A DNA stretch of 37,916 bases from Armatimonadota bacterium (GTDB lineage Bacteria; Armatimonadota; Hebobacteria; CAIYQO01): NCBI GenBank assembly GCA_038248345.1, contig JBBRXO010000015.1, positions 1-37,916 on the forward strand, written 5' to 3'. Both the position numbers and the translations under genes were made by a program. Below are positions 29,526 through 37,916 of the stretch, in pieces (the stretch's first letter is position 1; every line of letters starts with the position of its first letter). The notes beneath the pieces are model-generated. The model worked only from the letters and a program-made list of their open reading frames with translations, ran no database searches and was not told the origin of the DNA.

Positions 29526-30284
29526 ATGACAAAAATTTTGGCGATATTTAACCAGAAAGGCGGAGTGGGTAAAACGACTACCGCGGTGAATCTGGCGGCG
29601 GGGCTGGCGGGCGTGGGGAAACGGGTTTTGCTCGTTGACCTGGACCCGCAGGGGAATGCCACCACCGGGCTGGGAGTTACTAAGTCGGCGTTGGCGCTTA
29701 CCATCTACGACGTGCTACTCGGTGAGGCGACGTGGCAGGAGACGCGCGTGGCTACCGTGGTGCCGGGGTTGGATATTTTGCCGGCCACCCTTGATCTGGC
29801 GGGAGCGGTGGTAGAAATGGCTGGGTTGCCGCAACGTGAAGAGCGGCTGAAGATGGGACTGGCAGGAGCGGAGGAGTACGATTTTATTATTATCGACACG
29901 CCGCCCTCACTCGGGCTGCTCCCCATCAATTGTCTAGCGGCCGCCGACGGGGTAATCATCCCTATGCAGGCGGAGTTCTTCGCGCTGGAAGGGCTGGCGC
30001 AGATTGAGCATACGGTGCGGCTGGTGAAACGCGGATTGAATCCGGCGCTCTCCATCTTCGGCGTACTCCTCACAATGGTGGATTTACGCGCTAAACTGTT
30101 CACCGACGTAATTCGCTCGGTGCGGCGGCAGTACGGGGCGCAGGTCTTCGCTACTGAGATCCCACGCACCGTGCGCTTTGCCGAGGCACCCAGTTACGGC
30201 GAAACCATCTACAAATTTGATCCCAAAGGTAAGGGGGCGCGCGCCTACACGGCGTTGACGCAGGAGGTATTGGCGCGATGCTAA
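29526..30284 (+). CDS. parA: Chromosome partitioning ATPase ParA/Soj
   Basis: NQKGGVGKTTTAVNL, DLDPQGNATTGLG, IDTPPSLG, EFFALEG, IPRTVRFAEAPSYG. Confidence 0.96.
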   Translation: MTKILAIFNQKGGVGKTTTAVNLAAGLAGVGKRVLLVDLDPQGNATTGLGVTKSALALTIYDVLLGEATWQETRVATVVPGLDILPATLDLAGAVVEMAGLPQREERLKMGLAGAEEYDFIIIDTPPSLGLLPINCLAAADGVIIPMQAEFFALEGLAQIEHTVRLVKRGLNPALSIFGVLLTMVDLRAKLFTDVIRSVRRQYGAQVFATEIPRTVRFAEAPSYGETIYKFDPKGKGARAYTALTQEVLARC

Positions 30285-31123
30285 ACAAACGACGCAGTGG
30301 GCTAGGCGCACTCATTCCCGGTGCGGGGCTGGCCGATGCCGGAGCCGCGCAACTGGCCCCGGTGATTCAGATAGCCGTCAATCCTTATCAGCCACGGCGC
30401 AACTTCGCCCCGGAGGCGCTCAACGAATTGGCAGATTCCATCCGCCGACACGGCATCCTGCAACCGCTCACCGTGCGCTCGCGCCCCGGAGGTTTTGAGC
30501 TGATCGCCGGCGAGCGGCGTCTGCAGGCGTCACGCCTGGTGGGGTTGGCCGAGGTGCCGGTCATCGTGCGTGAGTGCAGCGACGAAGAGATGCTAGCGCT
30601 GGCGCTGGTGGAGAACGTGCAGCGTGAAGACCTTAATGCTATGGAGGCGGCGACCTCCTATCGACAATTGATGGATGAATTCAAGCTCTCGCAGACTGAA
30701 GTGGCGGAGCTGGTGGGCAAAAATCGCACTACCGTCTCCAATACGCTACGCCTGCTGGGCCTCCCGCCGGTTATGCAACAGGGTGTACATGACGGATGTA
30801 TCAGCGAAGGCCACGCGCGTGCACTGCTGGCTGTAGATGATGAGCCCAAGCGGAGCTCACTCTATAAAATAACCGTGGAGAAGGGGCTTTCTGTGCGTGC
30901 ATTGGAAGAGTTGGTCAATCCGAAGCCACGTGAAACAACCCGCCGCAAAACTGTCCCTCCCACCGACGCCAATCTGGCGCACCTGCAGGAGTTGATGCAG
31001 AACACGCTCGGCATACGTGTGCGCTTCAAAGCCGGTGCCGACAGCAAAAAGGGGACGCTGGAGCTGGAATACTACTCCGCCGATGACCTGGAACGGATAT
31101 ATCAGGCGCTGACGCGAGAATAG
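30278..31123 (+). CDS. parB: Chromosome partitioning protein ParB/Spo0J
   Basis: GLGALI, NPYQPR, GILQP, IAGERRLQA, ENVQREDLN, HTH GKNRTTVSNTLRLL; overlaps parA stop. Confidence 0.96.
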   Translation: MLNKRRSGLGALIPGAGLADAGAAQLAPVIQIAVNPYQPRRNFAPEALNELADSIRRHGILQPLTVRSRPGGFELIAGERRLQASRLVGLAEVPVIVRECSDEEMLALALVENVQREDLNAMEAATSYRQLMDEFKLSQTEVAELVGKNRTTVSNTLRLLGLPPVMQQGVHDGCISEGHARALLAVDDEPKRSSLYKITVEKGLSVRALEELVNPKPRETTRRKTVPPTDANLAHLQELMQNTLGIRVRFKAGADSKKGTLELEYYSADDLERIYQALTRE

Positions 31124-31137
31124 TTTCACGTGAAATT
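31122..31137. promoter_or_regulatory. parS: parS-like site abutting parB stop
   Basis: AGTTTCACGTGAAATT; intact 12-bp core palindrome TTTCACGTGAAA, 3 outer mismatches. Confidence 0.7.
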
Positions 31138-31186
31138 GGCTATGTATGATGACTAGAGGGGATAACCACGAAGAGAAATAAATATT

Positions 31187-31222
31187 AACACAGAGGGCAC
31201 AGAGGGCACGGAGCACAGAGAA
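31187..31222 (+). repeat. CACAGAG-unit array
   Basis: AACACAGAGGGCACAGAGGGCACGGAGCACAGAGAA; related copies at 10209, 15577, 32298. Confidence 0.85.
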
Positions 31223-31380
31223 AGTTAGAGAAGTGGGTAAGGGGTGAAACCACGCTATTGGGCTTGTCACTAAAATGATATTCCTGGGATTGTTAACAAC
31301 CCCTCACACAAATCTCACAACTTCTGCTATAATTCACCTTGCGTCATTGGTGGCGCACCGGATAATATGGAGGATCGAAA

Positions 31381-32274
31381 ATGAGAAAATCCATGCGAAT
31401 ATTGACTGCATTTCTGCTACTGGCAGGAGCGGTTAGTACGGTAACTGCGCAAACAATCACCCCTTCCCGCCCCTTGGTTGCTGCTCCAGCTGCCCCTAAA
31501 ACCTTTGCCGAGATGATGATGATAACGCCGACCGGCATCAAAGGTGGGGATATCGTGGTGGTGCCGATGCCCTGGCTGGCTGACTGGATGGGCTGTACCT
31601 TCACTACTTCGACGCCGGCGGACACTGTCGGCCCCAACGGGGAGAAGATCACGGCTGTTCCTGACAGCGTCTTCACGCTGGCCGGGGCAGGTCACACCCT
31701 GGTGGTGACGAAAGGCACAGATGAAGCGCTGCTCGATACATATCACATACGCGTACTTTCTAACGTCAATGTCGTGGAAACAGTACCATTCGTTTCGGCG
31801 AAGAGCGTGATGGATGCCTTTGTGATGCAGTATGCTTTCAACGAAACCCCGCCCGCCAACCTCACATTGACCAACCCAAAGACGAAAAAAGAGGTGAATA
31901 TACCGGTATACGACCTCGATTTACGCAGTAAGACCATTGATATGACCACGCGACTGGGCGTGATCCGCGCCGCTATCAAAGCTTATCGGAATGCCATGGG
32001 CTTTAACCCGGCGCTGCTGGTCGACATGGTGTGGTATTTACCCGATCGCCCCGCCGCTGGCCCCCATGGCGAGCCGATTCCGGCAGGCGCCTATAAAGGG
32101 CCGTACCTGCCTGGTAACCAGGGTATTGATGGTTCGGGCATCCCGAAGAATCCATTCGTTAACCCCAATGACACGCGTAATGAGGTACACTGGCTCTATG
32201 ATCCCGAGACAGGGACAATTAAGAGTACGCCGAACTTCCCCACCCCGGACGGGGTGGATTTGAATTCGCTGTAG
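31381..32274 (+). CDS. Secreted hypothetical protein: signal peptide, copper-amine-oxidase-N/stalk-like region, C-terminal pseudopilin(GspG)-like region
   Basis: GGAGG RBS; hydrophobic N-terminus ending ..TAQ; VVVPMPWLADWMG and PFVSAKSVMDAF repeats; IRAAIKAY...YKGPYL...IPKNPF. Domain calls are by resemblance only. Confidence 0.6.
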   Translation: MRKSMRILTAFLLLAGAVSTVTAQTITPSRPLVAAPAAPKTFAEMMMITPTGIKGGDIVVVPMPWLADWMGCTFTTSTPADTVGPNGEKITAVPDSVFTLAGAGHTLVVTKGTDEALLDTYHIRVLSNVNVVETVPFVSAKSVMDAFVMQYAFNETPPANLTLTNPKTKKEVNIPVYDLDLRSKTIDMTTRLGVIRAAIKAYRNAMGFNPALLVDMVWYLPDRPAAGPHGEPIPAGAYKGPYLPGNQGIDGSGIPKNPFVNPNDTRNEVHWLYDPETGTIKSTPNFPTPDGVDLNSL

Positions 32275-32297
32275 GGTTATAGGCGAAACGTAAATAT

Positions 32298-32379
32298 CAA
32301 CACAGAGACACAGAGAGAATATCAGATAGCGCGCTTTAGCGTGCTTGCCGTTGTTAGCCACCCCCTTCAGGTGGTGGTG
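32298..32379 (+). repeat. CACAGAG array plus double-hairpin element
   Basis: CAACACAGAGACACAGAG then ATAGCGCGCTTTAGCGTGCTTGCCGTTGTTAGCCACCCCCTTCAGGTGGTGGTG. Confidence 0.85.
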
Positions 32380-32397
32380 ATGAGATAGGAATAAATT

Positions 32398-33411
32398 ATG
32401 CCAGAACGTGTGATAGTAGTTGGCGCTGGTGGTATCTCCGACGCCTGGTTTCCGCCGTTGATCGCGGAGGGGGTGGAGGTGGCTGCGGTGGTGGATCTGC
32501 GGCCGGAGGCGGCGCAGGCGCAACTGGAGAAGTATAACCTGACCGCGCCGGTGTTCGGCGACGTGAAGACCGCGTTGCGCAAGGTGGAGGCGGATTTTCT
32601 CCTTGATCTCACTATTCCCGACGCGCATTGTGAGGTGACGATTGCCGCTCTGAAAGCGGGTCTGCATGTCATCGGCGAGAAGCCGATGTCCGCCAGCATG
32701 GCGCAGGCACGCCACATGGTGAAGGTTGCCAACAAAGCCGAGAAGCTGTACATGGTGAGCCAGTCGCGGCGCTGGGATGTGAAGCATGACCGCGTGAAGC
32801 GCACTGTTGAATCTGGGGCATTGGGCGAGATCACCACCGTCAATTGCGACTTCTACCTGGGGATACATTTCGGCGGCTTCCGCGATGAGATGCCCTCCCC
32901 GCTCATTCTCGACATGGCCATTCATCATTTCGACATGGCGCGCCTCTTCACCGGGCTGGATCCGGTGGCGGTCTACGCGCATGAGTATAACCCGCGCGGC
33001 TCCTGGTACGCGGGGGATGTGGCGGCGGTGTGTATCTTCGAGATGTCCAACGGCGCTATCTTCACCTACCGCGGCTGCTGGTGCGCCGAGGGGTGCGGCA
33101 CCTCGTGGAACGGCGACTGGCGCATCATCGGCGAGCGCGGCACACTGATCTATGCGGGCGACAACGACCCCCACGGGGAGATAGTAACCGCAGGTGAAGG
33201 TTTCACCCATCCAGTGCAGGAGATAGAAGTAGCAGCAAGTCCGCTGGAGCACACCGGTATGCGCGGTGCCCTGCGTGAGATGCTCGCCTACCTGCGCACC
33301 GGTGAGAAACCACAGACCGAGTGTCACGACAACATCAACTCCCTAGCCATGGTCTTCGCGGCCATGAAAAGCGCACGCAAAGGTAAAAGGGTGGCGGTGC
33401 GGGGGCTGTAA
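32398..33411 (+). CDS. Gfo/Idh/MocA-family oxidoreductase
   Basis: VVGAGGI Rossmann motif, HVIGEKPM, QSRRW, DMAIHHFD. Confidence 0.92.
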   Translation: MPERVIVVGAGGISDAWFPPLIAEGVEVAAVVDLRPEAAQAQLEKYNLTAPVFGDVKTALRKVEADFLLDLTIPDAHCEVTIAALKAGLHVIGEKPMSASMAQARHMVKVANKAEKLYMVSQSRRWDVKHDRVKRTVESGALGEITTVNCDFYLGIHFGGFRDEMPSPLILDMAIHHFDMARLFTGLDPVAVYAHEYNPRGSWYAGDVAAVCIFEMSNGAIFTYRGCWCAEGCGTSWNGDWRIIGERGTLIYAGDNDPHGEIVTAGEGFTHPVQEIEVAASPLEHTGMRGALREMLAYLRTGEKPQTECHDNINSLAMVFAAMKSARKGKRVAVRGL

Positions 33412-33449
33412 AAAACATAACCTAATCACATCAGAAAAGGAATAACATC

Positions 33450-34343
33450 ATGTACAACGAAAAAGTACGCATTGGTACCCTGGTGAATATCAAACCCGGG
33501 ATGACGGATTATATCCGGGAGATCCTTCCGCATGGCTTCGAGTCGTTCTCATTGAACGCCTGGAAGAATACGGGCGAATTGGATATTGCGCAACTGGCTG
33601 CCCCTGTTAAAGAAGAACTGGGCGACAGCGGTGTGGTCATCAGCAGCTTGGGGGTGTTTGGCAACCCGCTGCTGGAGAACGAAGAAGGCGCGGTGACGCG
33701 CGCATGTTGGGAGACGTTCATCGACAACGCCCACCTCTTCGACACTGATCTGATCTGCGGTTTCACCGGACGGGTAGTGGGGGCGTCAATCCCCGACAGC
33801 ATTCCCCGATTCAAAGAGGTCTTCACCCCACTGACCCAGCGAGCGGCGGACAAAGGCGTGCGGATTGCTTTCGAGAACTGCGAAATGGGCGGCAACTGGC
33901 ACACCGGCGAATGGAATATCGCCCACAACCCCGACGCCTGGGAATTGATGTTTGATGCTATACCGGCAGACAATATCGGGCTGGAGTGGGAGCCGTGCCA
34001 CCAGATGACCAAATTATTAGATCCCATTCCGCAGCTGCGTAAATGGGTGAGCAAAGTATTCCACGTACACGGGAAAGACGCCACCATTATGTGGGATGTA
34101 ATCAAAGAGCATGGCATCGGCGGCAGCGTGCCCTGGGTCTATCACCGCACCCCTGGCTTCGGCGACAGCAACTGGACAGATATCATCACCATTCTACGCA
34201 TGGGCGGCTTCTCCGGGAGCATCGACATCGAAGGGTGGCACGATCCGATCTACAATGGTGAGCTGGAAATGATGGGCCAAGTACGTGGGATGCAATATTT
34301 GAAGGCCTGCCGCGGTGGGGATTACTATCCCAATCCAGCCTAG
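33450..34343 (+). CDS. Sugar phosphate isomerase/epimerase (xylose-isomerase-like TIM barrel)
   Basis: IAFENC, GLEWEPCH, HVHGKD, PGFGD..W, IDIEG metal-binding motifs. Confidence 0.88.
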   Translation: MYNEKVRIGTLVNIKPGMTDYIREILPHGFESFSLNAWKNTGELDIAQLAAPVKEELGDSGVVISSLGVFGNPLLENEEGAVTRACWETFIDNAHLFDTDLICGFTGRVVGASIPDSIPRFKEVFTPLTQRAADKGVRIAFENCEMGGNWHTGEWNIAHNPDAWELMFDAIPADNIGLEWEPCHQMTKLLDPIPQLRKWVSKVFHVHGKDATIMWDVIKEHGIGGSVPWVYHRTPGFGDSNWTDIITILRMGGFSGSIDIEGWHDPIYNGELEMMGQVRGMQYLKACRGGDYYPNPA

Positions 34344-34374
34344 TTTCACCGTCTGAGCTTAATTGTCGTATAAA

Positions 34375-34403
34375 ACCTCCAATCACAGGTGGTGATTGGA
34401 GGT
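34375..34403. terminator. Hairpin downstream of isomerase gene (possible terminator)
   Basis: ACCTCCAATCAC/GTGATTGGAGGT 12-bp perfect stem; poor U-tail on + strand. Confidence 0.5.
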
Positions 34404-34471
34404 GATTCGTGATATGGTAGTACATAGAGACGGAATATTCCGTTCGCTTGTGACAAACGGAGGAGTCAGAG

Positions 34472-34753
34472 ATGATTAATGAAGAGATGGTTGTAGTATT
34501 CGATGCGGATTCCGAGGTGCAGGCGTTGCTCTTCCGCGATATGTTAACGAGTGCGGGCATTGAAGTATACGAGCGTCTGCTGGAGGATGAAACCTTCGAG
34601 GGTGTGATGCAGGAATCATTGCACAGCCAGTTGATGGTACACATTGATGATGAAGTTCGCGCCAGCGAATTGGTCGCAGCGTTCACTGCAGCATCCGATT
34701 CCGGCGCTTTGGACGCCGGTGATGAAGTTCAAGGCGAAACTTTAGCAAACTAA
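34472..34753 (+). CDS. Small acidic DUF2007-like protein
   Basis: GGAGG RBS; VVVFDA.SEVQALLFRDMLTSAGIE...LMVHIDD..RA.EL pattern. Confidence 0.7.
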   Translation: MINEEMVVVFDADSEVQALLFRDMLTSAGIEVYERLLEDETFEGVMQESLHSQLMVHIDDEVRASELVAAFTAASDSGALDAGDEVQGETLAN

Positions 34754-34825
34754 GATAGTCAAATACAGATAGCAGCGATAATAGCCCGGCCAGCTTTGGC
34801 CGGGCTATTCTGGGAGAGATAGATT

Positions 34826-37800
34826 ATGAATAAATGGTGGCGCCCGCTTTTCTTTGTGGCAATGATGCTTCCGTTCCTGGGGGCATTTGCCGCCGCGGCA
34901 AACCCGGTGAATACCGAGCAGGTACGCGTGCGTACGGTATGGACAGATACCGGACTCAACTTCGCTTTTGTGGTGGAGAAGGACGGTGTCAACGGCAAGC
35001 ACACTGATTTCCCCAGTCTGGCGTGGATTGATGATGCCGTCGCCGTCTATTTTGACCTGAATCCGGCGGGTTCCTCGCGTTTATCCGAAACTTGCCGCCG
35101 CGTCGTTATCAGCGCTGCGGGCGGAGCCGCTTGCCAACGGGTAGTAAATGGCGAATGGCTGGATGATCCAGCCGGGATAAAAGCAGACGGTAAGCCTGTT
35201 TTTGCGTATGCCGTCAAGGTAGCAACGAAGAAGCAAAATGACGTGCTAGTACCCACCGGATATACCGTTGAATTAGGTATCCCCTGGGGGATGATCTTGC
35301 CGCACCTGCCGGAGGGCAATGCCCAGACAGCCGTCCCGATGGCACGCTTTGCGCTGGCGGTCTATGACTTTGGCGAGGCGCACCCGGTCGGACTCTGGCC
35401 CGCGGAGTTGCCATTAGAGAATGGCCTGCTGATCCCGTCGAAATGGGGGCAACTAGCCGCCGTACAGGCGATGGGTGTCGCTAAATCCACCGCTAATGTC
35501 CTGAATGTCCCCTATCTGCCCGTGACAAAAAATGCCAGTTGGTTTGCCGTCGATGGTGACGCACAGGGCGCAGAATGGATGCTGGCCGGTGGCGTGAATA
35601 TGTCCTTCAAAGTCACCCCCACCATTAGCCTGAAAAGCAAGACGCAAACGCAGATTGTCGCCGGCTGGTATAGCCTGGAAGACCCTCGCCTGGAATTTCC
35701 GCACGTGCCTATCGAACCGCGATGTTCCGCTGCTACTACTACCGAGCCGCTCTACCACATGGAGCAGATAATCTCCGCCCGCTTAGTGGGGCTAGATGCC
35801 TTCGCGGTGGCCTTGCCGGTAAATATAGCGGAGCGCGAGCATACACGCGTCGCGTTGCGTGCCCTGGTGGAGGCGCTGAAAGGGTATGATCTGGCCAACC
35901 TGAGTAAAGGCCAGAGTCAGCTGCTCTTATTGCTGCCAATCCTTGATATGGGGACGACGACGAATGTCGATTTTACCACCCCCGCCGGGAAGTTGATCGC
36001 CCAGAATACCCTGCAGGATTTTTTCGCGCTGGTCCCCCCGCAATACCGGCTCCAAATAGCTAATTTCCACAACGCCCCCCGGCAGCCGGTGCTGGTGACC
36101 GCCCCCGGCAAAGGGGTGAAGTGGAATGAGAGCCTTTTCACTGCAATGCAACAGAACACCCGGAGCGCCGGAGCGCCGCTGGGCTGGCTGTTGGATAAAA
36201 CCTACCAGACTGTTGGCGCTGACCCGCACACACTTGCCGTATGTTCCTGGGATCCGGCTACCAATTTTACACAAGGTGAAGGAGCGGTACATGCCGCTAT
36301 GGTAGTTCCGGGGATGAGCGGGCTTAATAAAGATCCGCTGCTCCGGATGGGTGGCGAGATCTATCGCAATGCCTGGGCGCAGGTGAACGCTGCCCAGCCG
36401 GACTTTGTGCTATTGCGGAGTTGGAACGATTATCGGCAGGGCACAGAGGTGACCGCCTCTACCCAGTATAGCACAACTAGCCTGGATATCACCCATGAAG
36501 CCATTGCGCGGCAGGCGCGGCTAAGCGCTGGTGAGATCAAGTTGCTGCGTACCAGTTTCCCGCCGGTGATCCGACCCGGGATGACGGTTCCCTTCGATGT
36601 GCTGCTGAAAAACGATGTGCCACGCTCCCTTGGCGTGTTGTACCAGATATTCCGTGATGGCAACGAGGTCGCGCAGGGGACGGCAGCCAACCAGGTGACG
36701 CTGGTGGCGCAAATTCCCACGCATCTGCAGTTTAGTATAAATGCCAAAGATGATAAGAAAGCTCCTCTGAAGCCCGGAAAATATCTGCTAAAACTCGGAT
36801 TTACGCAGAATAACCTCAATGGTGTCGTCATCTCGCTCTTTTTGAAAACAGTAGCTGTTCTGGAGATCCCCTTCACCGTGTCAAATGATACCATCCCTGC
36901 GCAACTGCTCAGCTGGGATTGCCCGGCGATTGTCACCATCGGTTCGCAACCGAAGGTCTCCCTGCAACTACGCAATCTGGATTCTCGTAAGTGGGGCGAC
37001 AAAGAACGGTTAGTGTTGACGTGGCTCAATGAAAAGGGCGTTTTAGTGCCCGGCTTGCCGCCCATCACCGTCTTTTTGAAGGATACCGTCCCGGGTGCCG
37101 TTAAGGACCTTTATTTCCTGGCCAATGCCCCGACTTTGCCCGGTGCGTATACCCTCCATGCAGAGCTGCAGCGCGATGGCACAGCCGCGGAACCGATACT
37201 GGATACCCTGGTGCAAGTCGTCACTGCCGACCTGAACGCCGAGATACGCGGGGTCAAGATCCCCGACGTTGTTAATGATGCGGATAAAGCGCTGAATGGC
37301 GAGGTTACCCTGCGCAATGTCGGCAAATCCAGCTGGGTCGCGGGCTCCACGCAGTTGAGTTGGCAATGGCTCGCCTGGGACGGCACCCCCGTGGCCGGCG
37401 CCACCGGCAGCAGTCTGCTGACCGGGGCCACTCCTCCTGATGGCGAGATTACCGAGAAGATAAGCATCGCCCCCCCGCCGGTTGGCTATGGGCAATTCCG
37501 CTGCGTCTTTGGGGTGACGGTCAACGGCATCCGTGCCCGTCTGCATACTTCGCCGGACAAGTCGTTTTCTCCCATCTACAATATCACCGTGCGCAAATGG
37601 CAGTATTATCAATTCCCGCTAGCGCCTTATTTTGATGACGTTATCATGGCGGCGGATAACGATGTCTCGCCGCTCCGCGCGAATTTCGACGGGCACAGCA
37701 ACGCCTATCCGCTCGAAGAATTCCTCCCGGACGCCACCAACCCGGCGCTTGGATACCAGCCGGGATACCGTACCGGCAAAGTTGATATTACCGCCCCTGA

Positions 37801-37916
37801 ATTCTACTTCGCCTCAGTTACCGGCGGCGTGCGCGCCCCGGTGGTGGTGGCCAAAGGCCAGACCATTGCATGGGGAGCATTGAATTCCGCCGCGCTGCAC
37901 CTGGCCGCCGTCACTA
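34826..37916 (+). CDS. Large secreted multidomain protein (CBM9/DOMON-like, GH99/GH71-like barrel, Ig-like repeats), 3' truncated
   Basis: Translated by hand from ATG 34826 (MNKWWRPLFFVAMMLPFLGAFAAAA signal peptide); GYTVELGIPW, PSKWGQL, ARLVGLDAF, FVLLRSWNDYRQGT, VTLRNVGKSSW. No stop seen in the stretches read; absent from the ORF track, consistent with running off the window. Confidence 0.85.
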   Translation, partial: MNKWWRPLFFVAMMLPFLGAFAAAANPVNTEQVRVRTVWTDTGLNFAFVVEKDGVNGKHTDFPSLAWIDDAVAVYFDLNPAGSSRLSETCRRVVISAAGGAACQRVVNGEWLDDPAGIKADGKPVFAYAVKVATKKQNDVLVPTGYTVELGIPWGMILPHLPEGNAQTAVPMARFALAVYDFGEAHPVGLWPAELPLENGLLIPSKWGQLAAVQAMGVAKSTANVLNVPYLPVTKNASWFAVDGDAQGAEWMLAGGVNMSFKVTPTISLKSKTQTQIVAGWYSLEDPRLEFPHVPIEPRCSAATTTEPLYHMEQIISARLVGLDAFAVALPVNIAEREHTRVALRALVEALKGYDLANLSKGQSQLLLLLPILDMGTTTNVDFTTPAGKLIAQNTLQDFFALVPPQYRLQIANFHNAPRQPVLVTAPGKGVKWNESLFTAMQQNTRSAGAPLGWLLDKTYQTVGADPHTLAVCSWDPATNFTQGEGAVHAAMVVPGMSGLNKDPLLRMGGEIYRNAWAQVNAAQPDFVLLRSWNDYRQGTEVTASTQYSTTSLDITHEAIARQARLSAGEIKLLRTSFPPVIRPGMTVPFDVLLKNDVPRSLGVLYQIFRDGNEVAQGTAANQVTLVAQIPTHLQFSINAKDDKKAPLKPGKYLLKLGFTQNNLNGVVISLFLKTVAVLEIPFTVSNDTIPAQLLSWDCPAIVTIGSQPKVSLQLRNLDSRKWGDKERLVLTWLNEKGVLVPGLPPITVFLKDTVPGAVKDLYFLANAPTLPGAYTLHAELQRDGTAAEPILDTLVQVVTADLNAEIRGVKIPDVVNDADKALNGEVTLRNVGKSSWVAGSTQLSWQWLAWDGTPVAGATGSSLLTGATPPDGEITEKISIAPPPVGYGQFRCVFGVTVNGIRARLHTSPDKSFSPIYNITVRKWQYYQFPLAPYFDDVIMAADNDVSPLRANFDGHSNAYPLEEFLPDATNPALGYQPGYRTGKVDITAPEFYFASVTGGVRAPVVVAKGQTIAWGALNSAALHLAAVT

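Noticed and set aside
10209..32319. CACAGAG arrays and other repeats as a CRISPR array
   Set aside because: No regular repeat-spacer periodicity, units too short and dispersed, no cas genes.
32038..33327. 429-aa minus-strand ORF
   Set aside because: Antisense to the Gfo/Idh/MocA gene and runs through a repeat; no domain signal.
34759..37883. Numerous short ORFs in the last 3 kb
   Set aside because: Explained by one long plus-strand ORF from 34826 that leaves the window.

Overview
Bacterial chromosomal core region, probably near the replication origin. The gene repertoire and 16S recall Armatimonadota, but this is an unverified impression. Left to right: the 3' part of an rrn operon (16S end, tRNA-Ile, tRNA-Ala, 23S, 5S, tRNA-Asn); a decayed rsgA paralogue and an RHS-core fragment; aroE, a metallophosphoesterase and mutL; a ~19-kb almost entirely minus-strand block (rsmG, mnmG, hflX, response regulator, hybrid PAS/GAF kinase, glutamine synthetase III, M16 peptidase-like, tatD, rnc, aspS); then plus-strand parA-parB with parS sites, a secreted protein, a sugar oxidoreductase/isomerase pair, a DUF2007-like protein and a >1000-aa secreted carbohydrate-binding protein that runs off the window and is missing from the ORF track. 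No CRISPR array, transposase or integrase was seen. The most notable structure is non-coding. At least five families of short palindromic or tandem repeats assemble into modular intergenic mosaics, supply stop codons to core genes and apparently sit in-frame inside mnmG. They also lie in inverted orientation at both ends of the minus-strand block, whose reversal would restore the canonical mnmG-rsmG-parA-parB order.
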